A DNA stretch of 64,000 bases from the human T2T-CHM13v2.0 reference genome, Homo sapiens. Positions 43,501 to 56,768 of this stretch are shown here, piece by piece. The stretch lies in the NCBI RefSeq assembly GCF_009914755.1, contig NC_060937.1, one strand, 5' to 3'. Each line of letters opens with the position of its first letter. The stretch's first letter is position 1. The notes under the pieces were generated by a model. That model did not search any database and was not told where the DNA came from. It was given only the letters and a program-made list of their open reading frames with translations. Made by a program: the position numbers and the translations under genes.

Positions 43501-45940
43501 AGGCAATTAAAACTATTAAAATTTTATAGAATATCAGAACTATAAAGCATGCCTGCCAAGTTTTAACTTTTCAAACTAATACTCGGTTTTTGAAACATTA
43601 CCCTTGCATTTAAAAATTTTCAGTGTTTGTTGCTGAATAAGTTTACTTTCTATTATTGGGAAGAAGAAATATTGAAGATAGAAGTACAGTATTGTGTCAC
43701 AGAAAAATAATAAATGTGTAAAGAAATCATATATAGAAAGTAAAAAAAACAAGGCTGTGCAATGGTAGAAAAAAAGTTTATGAATTAAAGAAAATAGTAT
43801 TGGCTAGGAATAGTTCTTTTTGAGAGAAAGACTAATATAAAAAATCTTTCATAGAGAGAATGTATACAGAGGAACAAGCATTCTCATGGCAAATTTATAA
43901 AATTGTTACACATTTTTATGATTTCAACTACCTGCAAATGTATTACATACAATAACCTAAGGCACAGAAAAGATTTTAACAACAAGAAGATGGAAGTTAA
44001 TTTAAGATTGGTAGTACAAATTCTAACAGATCAAGTTTTTTGAAATCATTACATAGTATATAATATAGAATTATTAAGGCCATTCTAATATTTTACAAAC
44101 AGGAATAGAGCAATTAGGATTTGACTTTTAACTAGGACAAAGGTGGAAATATAATCATTCTGAGCAAATTAAGTCTGTTTTGTTATTCTGCCTCAAAAAT
44201 ATCATTCTCTGTGGTTGTCATTTGACCATTGCTATAGCAATATCAGGGCCTGGTTTGTACTAGAAAAATAAGCCTAAATATTTAAAGTTAGAAGTATCCT
44301 GAGAGCCTAGTAAATTTCTGATTGCTGTATTAAACCACTAATAAGTCACAATTAAAATGTGAAGAACATCCAATTTTATATTTTGGATTTTAGATAAAAG
44401 TTGGATCACATTTTAGGAGAACATTGTAGTGTTTCGAAATTTCCAGCAATATATTAATGTATATTTCTGAGTAAAATGTGTTAATTTATTTTCAGTTTTA
44501 TTAAGAATCTGTTTTATCCCTTTAAGGATAACATTGAGGTTTTAGTTCATTTGTCAAGAAAAGCTATGACTTTCAAAAATAAAATAAAAATATATATATT
44601 TTTTACTAATCTAAAGAACATTGTTTCAGAGAAGTATATTATTATATTTAAAGAGTCAGTGTTTAAGATTTTCGGTCAAGATGACAAATTAATGGCATCT
44701 AGGAAATCCTACTTTCTGTTGTAAAGGAATATTCATTGAATTTTTCCTAGAAAGCCACGTTCAAAAATAAGAAAAGGAAATCTCCAAGTGATCAGAAATA
44801 GGATGGATATCCAGAATTGTGAGCAGGTGTTAAATTCACAGGGACCGCAAAAGGACAAGGAGCAAATACGAAACTTAAAAAGCAGGACTTAAAACTCACA
44901 GAGAACGCATCGTTAAAACAAGCCTGAATAAAGCCTGAAGCCAAAAAGGTATTACATTGCCTATGAATAAGGACCAGAATATATCTCTCTGCTCTCTTGG
45001 GGCTCAGATAAAGATAGTACCCTATCCAAGCTGAAATATAGGAGAATCAACCACTAAAAGATCAAAAACCTAAATCTCACTAGGTGTCAGCTTTAGCAAA
45101 AAGAAAATGGGAGTTAAATTTAAGACAAAAGTCTCTTTAATTCACAAGGGCATTTGAACTTCTTGTACATTCACATAGGTGAGCACTGATCTGGAATTTA
45201 CCAGAAAAGGGTAACAGTGGACACACCCTACAGAGAAAAGGTGGAAGAAGATTACTGCTGAGAGTAAATTAATAAGCAAAAGCTATAGAACATATATATA
45301 TATGGAAAGTATTACTACTACATGGAAAACCATCTACAGACTCAAGCTATGGAAATTCACAATAGAGTTCGTAAAGAATGCATAGCAGGCTGAGAGGGGT
45401 TGTAAAAAGTCTGTATTGAAATTGTGGCTTTTAATCTTTATTAGAATCTTTGGCAAAGTGTTTGAAAACTAGAGTTATCCAGGTGACATGCTTAGAGGTT
45501 TTAGTAGAATCTGAGTTTGTAAGTTGACTCTAAGATACTGCCAGTGGTTTTTAATATTCAAAAAGTTTTGGGAAACATAGATTCCATGAAATGACCATAA
45601 AAGATTATAAAAATCTGAAAATAAAAAATAGGGTTATTTTAATTTAAACATTTGTCATGTTTTTAGAGTGAAGGAGCTCAGAGCTTCCTAACACCATTGT
45701 TCTTTGAGTATGTTATAGTTTACTGCGAGATATAAATTATCATAAATTTTAATTTCAAATGACTTTAAAACCATTAAAAAGCCTATAGTTGAAATTAATG
45801 TGGAACATTTTTGTGTTTCTCTTCTAAAATTTCTGAATTCAATGTACATGTATAATTGTGTGACTTTATACTTAGTCCTTGACACTAGAAAGAGCTTGGT
45901 ACTGGCCACACTACATGATCCCCTCTTCAACCTTCCAGTT

Positions 45941-46292
45941 TGTCTTACTTTTGGCTGCTATGACAAGATACCATTAAGTGGGTGGTTTATAAACAACACA
46001 AAATTATTTCCCATAGTTCTGGAGGCTGAGAAGTCCACAGTTAAATTTCTGGCAAATTCAGAGTCTGATAAGGGCGTTCCTCCTGGTTCATAGGTAGGAC
46101 TTTCTCATGTTCTCACATGGTAAAAGAGGCAAGACAGCTCTGGGACCTTTCTTATGAGGGCGCTAAACTCACTGCTGAGGGCTCTGCTCTCATGACATAA
46201 TCATCCCCCAAAGGCCCCATCTCCTAATACCATCACATCGGTGATTTCTTTCAATATATAAATTTTGGCAGGACACACATATACAGACCACA
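45941..46292 (-). mobile_element. MLT1A-type MaLR LTR
   Basis: 'tgtcttacttttggctgctatgacaagatacc...ttctggaggctgagaagtcc...aaggccccatctcctaataccatcaca...cagaccaca'. Confidence 0.8.
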
Positions 46293-47087
46293 TTGTAGTT
46301 AAATATTCTACTTAGATGATTATTTATTACAATTTTCCTTTTCAATGGCATTTCTTGTTTTGTAAACATATAAAGTATATTTAATTCTGTACATATTTTT
46401 CTATAATCTAGGATTATTGTTGAATTTTTCTAGAAATTGTGATTCTCATCATCTAATCTCAGCCACAGTTTGAAATTTGATGAAATGTCATAATGAACTG
46501 TTTTTTACAAATTGAAAACATTATTTATTTAAAAACTAGCTATTAGTATATAAAAGAAGCATCTTAAAATTGATTTTCTAAGTACTTTGTCACACATAAA
46601 TTATATATAATTATATCATTTATCTATTAAATTATCATATAACTCATGATTTCATAGGACTCTACTTACTGAATTAAACAAAATGTCTGTTTTAATATTC
46701 CCTACTTTATTTAAAAGATATTTAAAAGATGCTAGATTTTTTCCAACATTTTCATTGCAATTTTTGAAACATTATTTAAAAAATGAATTTTGAAGCTAAA
46801 ATGTTTGTACTTAAGTGTTTGACATTTAAAATAATTTGATATGTATGTACTTTATGGTCCAAGCATAATAAATGATGTTTTTTATTTCAGTCATCAAAGT
46901 CATACGTAAATATGATTTAAAAATAAAGAAACAGAAAAGAAGGAAAGGAAGAAAGAATGAAAGAAAGAGACAAAAATGAAGAAAGTAAAAAAAAAAGCAA
47001 GGAGGGAAGAAAAAACATTAACATACACAAGTGTATTTTTGTGTGCCTCAATAATTCTTCTTATTCTTAAGCTAAAAACGTTACTGA

Positions 47088-47663
47088 AAATTTATAAAAT
47101 TAAGCAATGATGTAATGGATTGAATAGTTACATCAGCAATGCCACTAAGAATTATACTATTATACTTAGAAATTACTACAAAAATATTCATCATGGGCAG
47201 AAATAATATTGAAACTATAACCTTTTATGAGGACATAACAAAAGAATCACACTGAACTCAATAAGCTAATCACAATGTCTTGCAGCTAATATCTGAAGAC
47301 AAAGTAACACTCATAAGTGCAGAACGATTCTCTTACCTAGCTTGTAAGGCACTTATCAACATCATTTGATGTTAATAAAACAAGAGAAATAGAAGGATAT
47401 GGTTGCTGAAGACTATGATTAATAACTACAATGATAACATGTCAGTTGATATATATAAACCACAAAAACCGATTGTCGAAGAAAAAATATTTTCATTAGA
47501 AACTGGTGAATCTGACGATATTAATGACCGTGCTTGATGAATAACACTAGCTATAAATCCTGGAGACATTACTGAAAGAACATAAATTATCCTACTAAAT
47601 TTAAAACAAACAACTGGAGTGAGCAGACTTGCCATTTACTCAAGGGTGCCCTCTAAGTATTAA
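47088..47663 (+). pseudogene. hAT (Charlie/Buster-type) transposase fossil fragment
   Basis: One frame translates to ...AERFSYLA-CKALINII...NMSVDI...IFSLETGESDDINDRA...GDITE...LLNLKQTTG, colinear with the hAT motifs ASY.V, M..DI, FSLQLDESTD and E.L...L..TTTG; about 9 in-frame stops. Confidence 0.6.
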
Positions 47664-47719
47664 TGTTTTCTATATATTCTATGATGAGATGAAGACTTGG
47701 AAACAGATTAAAATTTCTG

Positions 47720-49940
47720 TGCCAATACTTAATGAATTAAAAGGTAGAGCAAAAGCATGCACCAAAATGCAAGACAGAGGGGTAAAAAGATGGCAGACAA
47801 GAAAGAGAGAATGGGGGCATGGAGATACAAGGAGGCCCTGTAGCATACTGATAGTGACAGGAGACAGAGAAATTCCTAGGCAGACAGGGACAGGTCCCTG
47901 GTGAAACACCCGATCTTCAAGCCAAATACAGTTTAAAGCTTGAAAACTGAGCTGCTGCTTATGGATAGAGTCCATGACCTGAGTGAGAACTTCTATCCCT
48001 GTCTTACTCTCTGTCTCTCTCAATTGGTTCCTTCTGGATGATGCCTTTTAACCAATGGAATGGTGCTTTTTCCAGGACCACCCATTGACCAATCAGCATG
48101 CACTCCCCTATTCTAAACCCATAAAAATCCTAGACTCAGCCACACAGAGGGCTACCCACTTCAGGTTCCCTCTCTTTGTCAAGAGCTTTTCTGTTGCTCA
48201 ATAAAATTATTCTCTGCCTTGCTCACTCTCCAGTGTCCACATACCTCATTTCTCTTGGTCTCAGGACAAGAACCCAGAATACACCAAATGGCAGGTGTGA
48301 AAAAACCTGTAACACTCCTGGCTGGCTTGCTGAGCTGCAGAGAGTGGGAATAAAAGAGCTGTAACATGCTCAGCTCCCCAGACTATGAGAGACGAAGCTG
48401 TGAGATGCTCCCACTCCCTGAGCTATGGGAGTGAAGAGCTGCAACATTTCCTGGGGGCTCAGACCTCAGGACACCTCAAGCAAGAGCTGTAACACCTCTT
48501 GGGGCCACACAATTGCTGGCATCTCCTAGTTTTTGGGTGCCACCACATTCCTCTCTTCTAGAAACCTGCGCCCAATGTAGAAGCTGCTCGAGGCATGCCC
48601 TGTCCATCCATGGGCTGAGCTCGGAGCCACAGTAGGTGAGGGATCCAGGCTGGAGTGTGGGCACAGTGCCGCCTGCTGGGCTAAGTGAGCGGAGCGAGCC
48701 CAGTGGGCTGAGTGAGGCCTGAGCAGAGGTGGCTACGGCCACAGAGATTTCCAGCTGGCAAAACAGCACCAAAGGAATCCTGTAACATTTTGTCCAAGAA
48801 AGAATAAGCAGAAGGAAATAAAGTAATGGTGGAGAGACAATATTTGAAAAAAAAATATTATCTGAGATTATTCTGAAGTGAAGAAACATAAGTTGTCTAA
48901 CTGAGAAGCCCTCTGAGTGTGGAATGGATACATTGTAGTAAAATCGCACCTCTTCAGGCAGAGAGAAAATCCTGGAATCTACCAGAGATGCAAAGTAAGG
49001 TTATCTACAGAAGAATAATATCAAGACAACAAAGTTTTCTTTTGGCTATAGTATCTAAAAAGGGAAATTTATATTTCTTAGATTATTCCCATAAAGGAAC
49101 TATCAAAGCATGGGCTTCTGCAAGTAAAGAAAAAAAAAGAATGCAAAAAAAAGGACAAAAAGTTAACAAAGATGACTATTGGTAAAGCATAGTAATAAAT
49201 TTACTAAATATTGACAATAGGAAATAAGAAAAAGAAAAAATTGACAGAGTGTTTATTGTTAATACATTTCTACTAAACATTATGCAACAATAACATGGGA
49301 ATCAGGAGAGGAAAATTTCAAAGAAACTAAAATATACCATGTTATTTGTTGTGTTCTGCATAAAAAAGCCGGCATTGATTCATATTTAGGAAAAAAGTAC
49401 ATTTTTAAATATTAACAGTTAAAGAAAATATTAGAAAGAAATTTGTAATATGTGTCTCTGAAGATGAAAATTAAGGGAATAAAGAAAAATTAACCTAAAA
49501 AAGTCAGAAAAGAGGGTAAGAACAAATATAATTATGTCAAAACACCATAAAAGAGTTCAAACTGTCAGTAATTATGACAGATGTAAACAGGCTTAGCTTC
49601 ATATTAGATAATTTAAACATCTTTGATCAGGTAGAAGCTATAATTTAGATGTATGTTGTTTTAAGATAAATACCTAAATCAGAGGACACAACAAAGTTGA
49701 ATGCAAAGGGATAGAAAAATGCAAGCCAGAAAATACTATCTGTAAATCCTGGTGAAGCAAAGTTAACCTTGGACAATTGACAATGCAAGGTAAATAGTGC
49801 AAAAAAGGGCAAAGATAGTCTCTCCTAAATATGTTTTTAAAGGGCAAAATGTACAAAAATGAAAGGAGATGAAAAATAACAATTGAAACCTATTAGATGG
49901 CTCTAAGGCTCCATTGTCAACAAATGAGATGAAAACAAGT
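47720..49940 (+). mobile_element. Ancient L1ME ORF1/ORF2-start fragment, interrupted by an LTR
   Basis: 'gagacaatatttgaaaaaaaaatattatctgagattattctgaa', 'agatgtaaacaggcttag', 'aagggatagaaaaatgcaagcc' resemble L1M. Confidence 0.55.
47849..48787 (+). mobile_element. LTR27/LTR28-like ERV1 solo LTR
   Basis: tgatagtgacaggagacagagaaattcctaggcagacaggg ... ggaatcctgtaaca; CCAAT boxes at 48051 and 48089, cataaaa at 48120, AATAAA at 48200, repeated 'gagctgtaaca' units. Confidence 0.75.
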
Positions 49941-50336
49941 AGCAATTTGTGTTTGTGTTCTTTTCCAATTTGTTAAAATTATTAATATGTGTTTTAGTGT
50001 AATAAATAATTACTTTATACACCTTGGTTTGATATAGAGTTATTGCTACAATATTTTTTGTTCAGTATTTACATATTTATTGAGTGCCCTCCAACTTTGA
50101 AGAATGATTTCAGAAACGCTAAGGAAGAGACTTGAGATGAAGTTCCCACAATTGAGTAGGACCCTAGACCTCACAAACTCTCTGTTCCTTAGATATTTGA
50201 GCTACTTGTTTTCTCAGAGCAGACACTCAAAAACTTAATTTTAAAATTATGTCTAATATACAGAAAATCTAGGATAATACAAAAAACTTCTTTATACTCT
50301 TTTTTAAAAATTTACTAATCATTAACATTTTGCCAG

Positions 50337-51724
50337 TTTTTTTTTAAATTATACTTTAAGTTCTGGGATACATGTGCAGAACGTGCAGGTTTCTTACACA
50401 GGTATACACGTGCCATGATGGTTTGCTGCACCCATCAACCCATCGTCTACATTAGGTACTTCTCCTAATGCAATCCCTCCCCTAGACCCTTACCCCCTGA
50501 CAGGCCCTGGTGTGTGATGTTCCCCTCCCTGGGTCCATGTGTTCTCATTGTTCAGCTCCCACTTATGAGTGAGAACATGTGGTATTTGGTTTTCTGTTCT
50601 GTCTTAGTTTGCTGAGAATTATGGTTTCCAGCTTCATCCATATCCCTGGAAAGGACATGAAAGCATCCTTTTTTATGGCTGCTTAGTATTCCATGGTGTA
50701 TATGTGCCACATTTTCTTCATCCAGTCTATCATTATGGGCATTTGGGTTGGTTCCAATTTTTTACTATTGTAAACAGTCCCTCAATAAACATACGTGCAC
50801 GTGTGTCTTTATAGTAGAATGATTTATAATCTTTTGGGTATATACCCAGTAATGGGATTGCTGGGTCAAACGGTATTTCTGGTTCTAGATCCTTGAGGAA
50901 TCACCACACTGACTTCCACAATGGTTGAACTAGTTTACAGTCCCACCAACAGTGTAAAAGTGTTCCTATTTTTCCACATTCTCTCCAGCATCTGTTGTTT
51001 CCTGACTTTTTAATGATCGTCATTCTAACTGGTGTGAGATGGTATCTCATTGTGGTTTTGATTTGCATTTCTCTGATGACCAGTGATGATGAGCTTTTTC
51101 TCATATGTTTGTTGGCTGCATAAATGTCTTCTTTTGAGAAGTGTCTGTTCATATTCTTTGCCCACTTTTTGATGGGGTTGTTTGTTTTTGTCTTGTAAAT
51201 TTGTTTAACTTCTTTGTAGATTCTGGATATTAGCCCTTTGTCAGATGGATAGATTGCAAAATTTTTCTCCCATTCTGTAGGTTGCCTGTTCACTCTGATG
51301 ACAGTTTCTTTTGCTGTGCAGAAGCTCTTTCATTTAATTAGATCCCATTTGTCAGTTGTGACTTTTGTTGCCATTGCTTTTGGTGTTTTAGTCATGAAGT
51401 CTTTGCCCATGCCTATGTCCTGAATGGTATTGCCTAGGTTTTCTTCTAGGGTTTTTATGGTATTAGGTCTTATGTTTAAGTCTTTAATCCATCTTGAGTT
51501 AGTTTCTGTATAAGGCTTAAGGAAGGTGTCCAGTTTCAGTTTTCTGCATATGGCTAGCCATTTTTCCCAACACCATTTATTAAATAGTGAATCTTTTCCA
51601 TTGCTTGCTTCTGTCAGGTTTGTCAAAGATCAGATGGTTGTAGATGTGTAGATTTCTGAGGCCTCTGTTCTGTTCCATTGGTCTGTATATTTATTTTGGT
51701 ACCAGTACTACACTGTTTGGTTAC
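50337..51724 (-). mobile_element. L1PA (PA7/8-like) 3' 1.4 kb, 5'-truncated
   Basis: 'ttttttaaattatactttaagttctgggatacatgtgcagaacgtgcagg'; ORFs 50901-51293 and 51330-51626 give the ORF2 C-terminus ([27 protein letters not shown]). Confidence 0.95.
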
Positions 51725-52689
51725 ATTATTTTATACAATAAAGAACTCAGAGTTTATTAATCCTATTGGGTTAATACTGTTGGATTTTTTTGAATTTCAT
51801 TTTAAAACACTGTTTTACTTATTACTCCTACAATTCATGGTTTTTCAAAGAACTGGAAAACATGTTAAAAGTATTATATAAAATGATCAGACTGAACCCC
51901 AACATATAGAGATAAGATATTGTTATTACTTTGGCTTATGTTCTTTCAAACATGATGATGATGATGATGAAAATTATAATGATGATTATAATTCTCATTT
52001 ATTGAATTCCTACACTAAGTATGGGATGAGTGACTGTTTAACACATGTTCTACTAGTACTCTCAATAATATTATTTTTACTTTCATATAAATGAGGACGT
52101 AGAGGCATGAAGTTAATATGTGGCAGAATAGAATACAAACCAGTCAGTCTTGATATAGCAGGAATCCCAGCTAGAACCTAAACTGGAGCTTAGAAATGAC
52201 TATATGTTTCTTGCAAACAATTAATGCCATCTTGCCAGAGAATCATTAAAATCTTGCCTCAGTTAACAAAGGGTTTGTTCTTGTATGAATTACCAAGGAT
52301 TCTGCTACTTAGATACTTCTCCAAACTGATTGAAACAGAGAATTGTTGGAAGTGATAGTAGGAGAGAGGAGTCCAGCCTATTAATAAAAAAAAGAACACA
52401 GAAGAGCTGTTTCACTAAAAGCATTGTCACTTTGTAACACCCATTTTATCTTAGATGGTGCTATTTTCTTCACCAACTACCATGTAACTAGTTATTTTTG
52501 AATATCAAGCTAAAATAGGTTTTAGTAAATGACAATTACACTCCCACACATGCACACTGAAAAGCATATTACTATAAGACACAATATTGATTCATAGTTC
52601 CTGTATTTTCAAGTGCTATTGTAGGGTTAATTACTTTAACAATAAAAAGAAGAGAACACAGTATAAATAATACATTTTTACTCATGTAA

Positions 52690-52954
52690 TATAAAATATA
52701 CTAATACAGCTATCTGACAACATGCTAATATTATAGTATATACTATCTATGTATTATACCTATATGCATATATTGTTACAATAATACATATACTATTTAA
52801 TATAGTAACATACAATAGTATAGATAATATAGTATAGATTACAATATAATAGATTACAACAATCTATAATAGAATATAATATAGCTGCTATATTGTACAA
52901 TATAATATAATGGATAATACAATACAATATATCAATATTACAATAATATCTATA
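52690..52954. repeat. AT-rich low-complexity (TATAA-like) tract
   Basis: Degenerate tacaatataata/atatagta repeats. Confidence 0.7.
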
Positions 52955-53415
52955 TGCCATGAGTTGAATTGTGTGTCCCCAAATTTCTATATTTAAGACC
53001 TAAACCCTAGTACCTCAAAATGTGACCTTATATGGCAATAGGGTCATTGCGATGTAATTACTTAAGATGAGGTCTTACTGGAGTATGCTTCCTAATCTAG
53101 TATGACTGGTACAACTATAAAAAAGGGATATCTGGATCTGGATATGCACACAAGGATAATCCTATGTGAAAATGAAGGGAGAGATTGGGGGATGTTTCCT
53201 GAAGTGAAATTATGCCAGAGGTGGCCAGCATACCACCAGAAGCTTTGGGAGAGGGAGGGAACAGGTTCCCCCTCACAGCCCTTAGAAGGAACCAACCCTA
53301 CTGATACTTTGATTTTGGACTTTTAGACTCCAGAACTGTGAGACAATAAATTTCTGTTATTTAAGGCACCCAGTTTGTGGAACTTTGTTACAACAGCCCT
53401 AGCAAATTAAAATAC
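52955..53415 (+). mobile_element. MLT1B/C MaLR LTR
   Basis: 'tgccatgagttgaattgtgtgtcccc...ctccagaactgtgagacaataaatttctgttatttaag...gccctagcaaat'. Confidence 0.85.
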
Positions 53416-56400
53416 TGTATAATACCATGCTACAGATGATAGGTAATGTATTTACCTAATATACTAATATATCTATATGCCTATCTAATGTAAAATGTAG
53501 TGCCCCCATTCTGAAAGACACAAGACATTCTAAACTAGAAAAAAAATGCAGTTGGTAAATTAGGCAGAGCTTTATTGTATTTAAATCCCTTAAATGCAAA
53601 AATGTCAGTTGTAACTGGTCTTGTTGATGTGGGTAATTTTATGCAAACATAACTGTTTGTAGAAAAGTAATGAAGAGCTGGAGTGACCTTTGAGGTTATT
53701 TAATCTAGCACCTGTCTCAGTACTGGAATATTCTCCATAAGATCCTTGAAGGACAGCCAATTACTTCCTTTGGTGGGAGCAGACAGAGGGCTATGACTGA
53801 CTGCCTAACGGCACCAGGGAAAGGTTTAAAAGAGGAAGTGATAATTAGACTGAGTTGAAACATGGACAAGAACAGCAGATTTCCCTAAGGCTGGGGTGTA
53901 ATGTGTGGGAGAAAGTAAAGTGGGAGGTTTGCTGGAAAAGCTAGCCTAGCCAGATTGTGAAGTGTCTTACATACCATACAAAGGAGCATTGACTTGTGTC
54001 TTAGGTATTAGGGAGTTTGGGGACACTTTTCACCTAAGGGTAATAAGATATAGAGTAAATGCTCCTATTATTAATAGCTATTTCATGAAGTGCCTACTTA
54101 TAAAAGAATGGAGGTACTTTAGAGATCCAGTTAGAGTGCAGATGTCTCTATCAATGGGATAATGCTACTTTTTTGTTTAGTATTAAGTAATTGGCAATTC
54201 CTTATTTGATATCATTTGATGACTGGACCTGTCCTATCATCATATTCCATCCCAATAGTATCTTCCATCCCTCACTACTATGCCTCCTATGTATTGGCCA
54301 CATTGAAATTATTTAATATGATATAAATACACATTTTCTTAACAGTATTGTGCCTTTACACAAGCTACTCTAATTACTTGAAATAAAATTGTTCCCATTA
54401 CTTGACTAACAAAATATTATTTATCTTTCAGATACAACTCAACGACTACCTACATTTTGAAGTACTTCTAAGTAGCCAAAGCAATATTATTACTTCCCCA
54501 TTCTCCTCTCAGGGCACTTAGAAATTGACTCTATAGCAAAGCTTACTTCATTTCATTATTCTTATTTGCATGATTTTGTAACCACATACTCAGTGATATA
54601 TGCCCTTTGTGATTAATAATAGTATTATATTTATTTCTGTATTTTCAGTCTACAAAGAGTGTTTTGTACATAATATAAAATTAAAAATTTTTGGTTGCTT
54701 AAAAAAGAATGAATGTTATATTTGGTGGCTTTTGTGTTGGAAACTGGAGGATAAATAAAATATCCTAAGATTAGAAAGATGTATTAGGAAATCTTTCCTA
54801 TATATCCATTACGAAAAAAATGTAAACTCATTGAAAAGCACTCTGTATAACCTAATTTTACTTTTTATGTTTTGTTATGGCACTGGCCTACAGAAATGAA
54901 TTGAAAATTCCACTAAAGTTTTACAAAATATCAGTAACTAATGTGAGTATTTCAGGTTAAACTTTGAGGTTGAACTCACAATCTAAAACTGCAAAATGAA
55001 CTTACAAAAGTTCTAATAGATGAGTGTAAGTATTTATTTATACAAAGAAACTGTGGCTTTTAAATTTTTGACTTAAAGTAATCTTATCATTTTTCTAAGT
55101 CTATAAATATCATTTAGAAGAAAAAGATTTAAATTTTAGTCTCATACGGTTTGAAACATAGTGAACTAATTTCTAAAACAATTTTATATGAAAAGGAAAT
55201 AAAAGTTGGCTCCTGGATTTCTTTGTCTTTCACTTGTCCTCCCTAGGTACATTCTGCTTCAATGTTTGGGTATATTAGAGGAGCTCCTTGGCTTACGCAG
55301 TTTTGTGATGGGGGATGAGCAGAGTACTTGGCAGGGTGGGGACATCTGGACCTCTTTCTCTCTAGGACTATCTGTTGGCCACCAAGTTGTTGCTAGATAT
55401 GTTGGCAATTGCAAGTAAAAACCTCAGCAGCTGTAATTTATGAGCTGGTCTTTCTTGGCTTCACTTCAGTTTCTGGTGTCACAGAAGACCTTTCTGGCAT
55501 TCGGCAGAGACTCCCAATCAGCTGTAGCCTGATCTATAGAAATCCTCTTTGTTCCGGCTATGAAAATATCTAGGAAAAAAATAGAATTTGGGGGAATAGA
55601 GACATAAATTCATATCACTCATCTAAATTACACATATGTGGATTTATTATAATTTTATCCAAAATCTATGCTAGGGTTTCAATGGAAGTCTGTTTCTCAT
55701 ACCAGTATTTAACAGGAGAAATTGGTCATAAATACATTTTACAGTGACCTTTCTTCAGCCCTTGTTTTTATAGACAGATATTACTAAAGCAACCCTCATA
55801 GCCACACACACATTAGAGACTTCCAGTTATTGATTATCATTAGAATCACATCCCTCTTTGCTGCCATGAGAATGCAATTCTATAGAATTGCCTCTTGATG
55901 AATTGTTTCAAAAATACTTGTGAGTCGGATGATACTATTTAATGTACTTCTCCATGATTTAAAATTACAGATTGCCCAAGAACTATGTCTAAGTAGGCCA
56001 TCCTGAAGAGTAATCATATATATATAAATGATTACATTTATATATGATTACATACATATAGTGTGTGTGTATGCTTGTGCATATGTATAGATTTTTGTGA
56101 CTTCCCTTAATTATAGCAGTTGGATTAATTGAATGTTCCTGTTACTAATTATCATATATGGTATCTAATTTATTTACATTAGAGTTAAAGATAATTTTTG
56201 GAGAAGCTACTGTCCAAACTTTTAATAAGTTTTTAGCTAATGATTACTAACCAAGTTCAGTACTTTCGTTATCTTGGTGAAAAAATGTTTTAAAATGTAG
56301 CCTGAATCATAGCAAAGTGGTCAGGAGCAAGGTCTCCAGAGTCAAATTATGTGAGTTATCTCCAAAATGGTAATAATAATAGTGTCTCTTTCACACAATT

Positions 56401-56652
56401 ATTGTGAGGACTAAATGAAATCATAGTTCTTAAAGATTATCCATCATCTGATGGCCTGAAGAAAATGTAAACTAATATCATGACATGAGGAAGAAATTTG
56501 AGTCATTAATTATAATTTATCTCAGTATGAAAGCAGAAGTTGATTCTACCAGCTTGTACTTCTTCATCTCATTTTCCAACAAAGCAGAGGAGACCATATA
56601 TATTCAATCAAGTCTTGTTATATGGAACTAAAATCCACCCCGCCCCCTACCA

Positions 56653-56669
56653 CCTCTCTCTCTCTTTTG

Positions 56670-56700
<31 letters not shown>

Positions 56701-56768
56701 AATTTATATATATATCAATTTTTTATCTATATCAATTTTATATGTATCAATTATATATATATATATAT
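56653..56768. repeat. Compound (TC)n(TA)n microsatellite
   Basis: ctctctctc...tatatatatata runs. Confidence 0.85.

Noticed and set aside
47293-47518. Three CTGANGA words suggesting hammerhead ribozymes
   Set aside because: None is followed by a stem II and GAAA, or flanked by stems I and III.
47400-47620. Superficial likeness to mitochondrial COX2 (NUMT) or a TGA=Trp-coded or viral ORF
   Set aside because: Matches are short and not colinear, TAA stops remain under the alternative code, and the hAT transposase motif order fits better.
48300-48495. Spaced short repeats superficially like a CRISPR array
   Set aside because: Degenerate, irregularly spaced and internal to an LTR in primate DNA; no cas genes.
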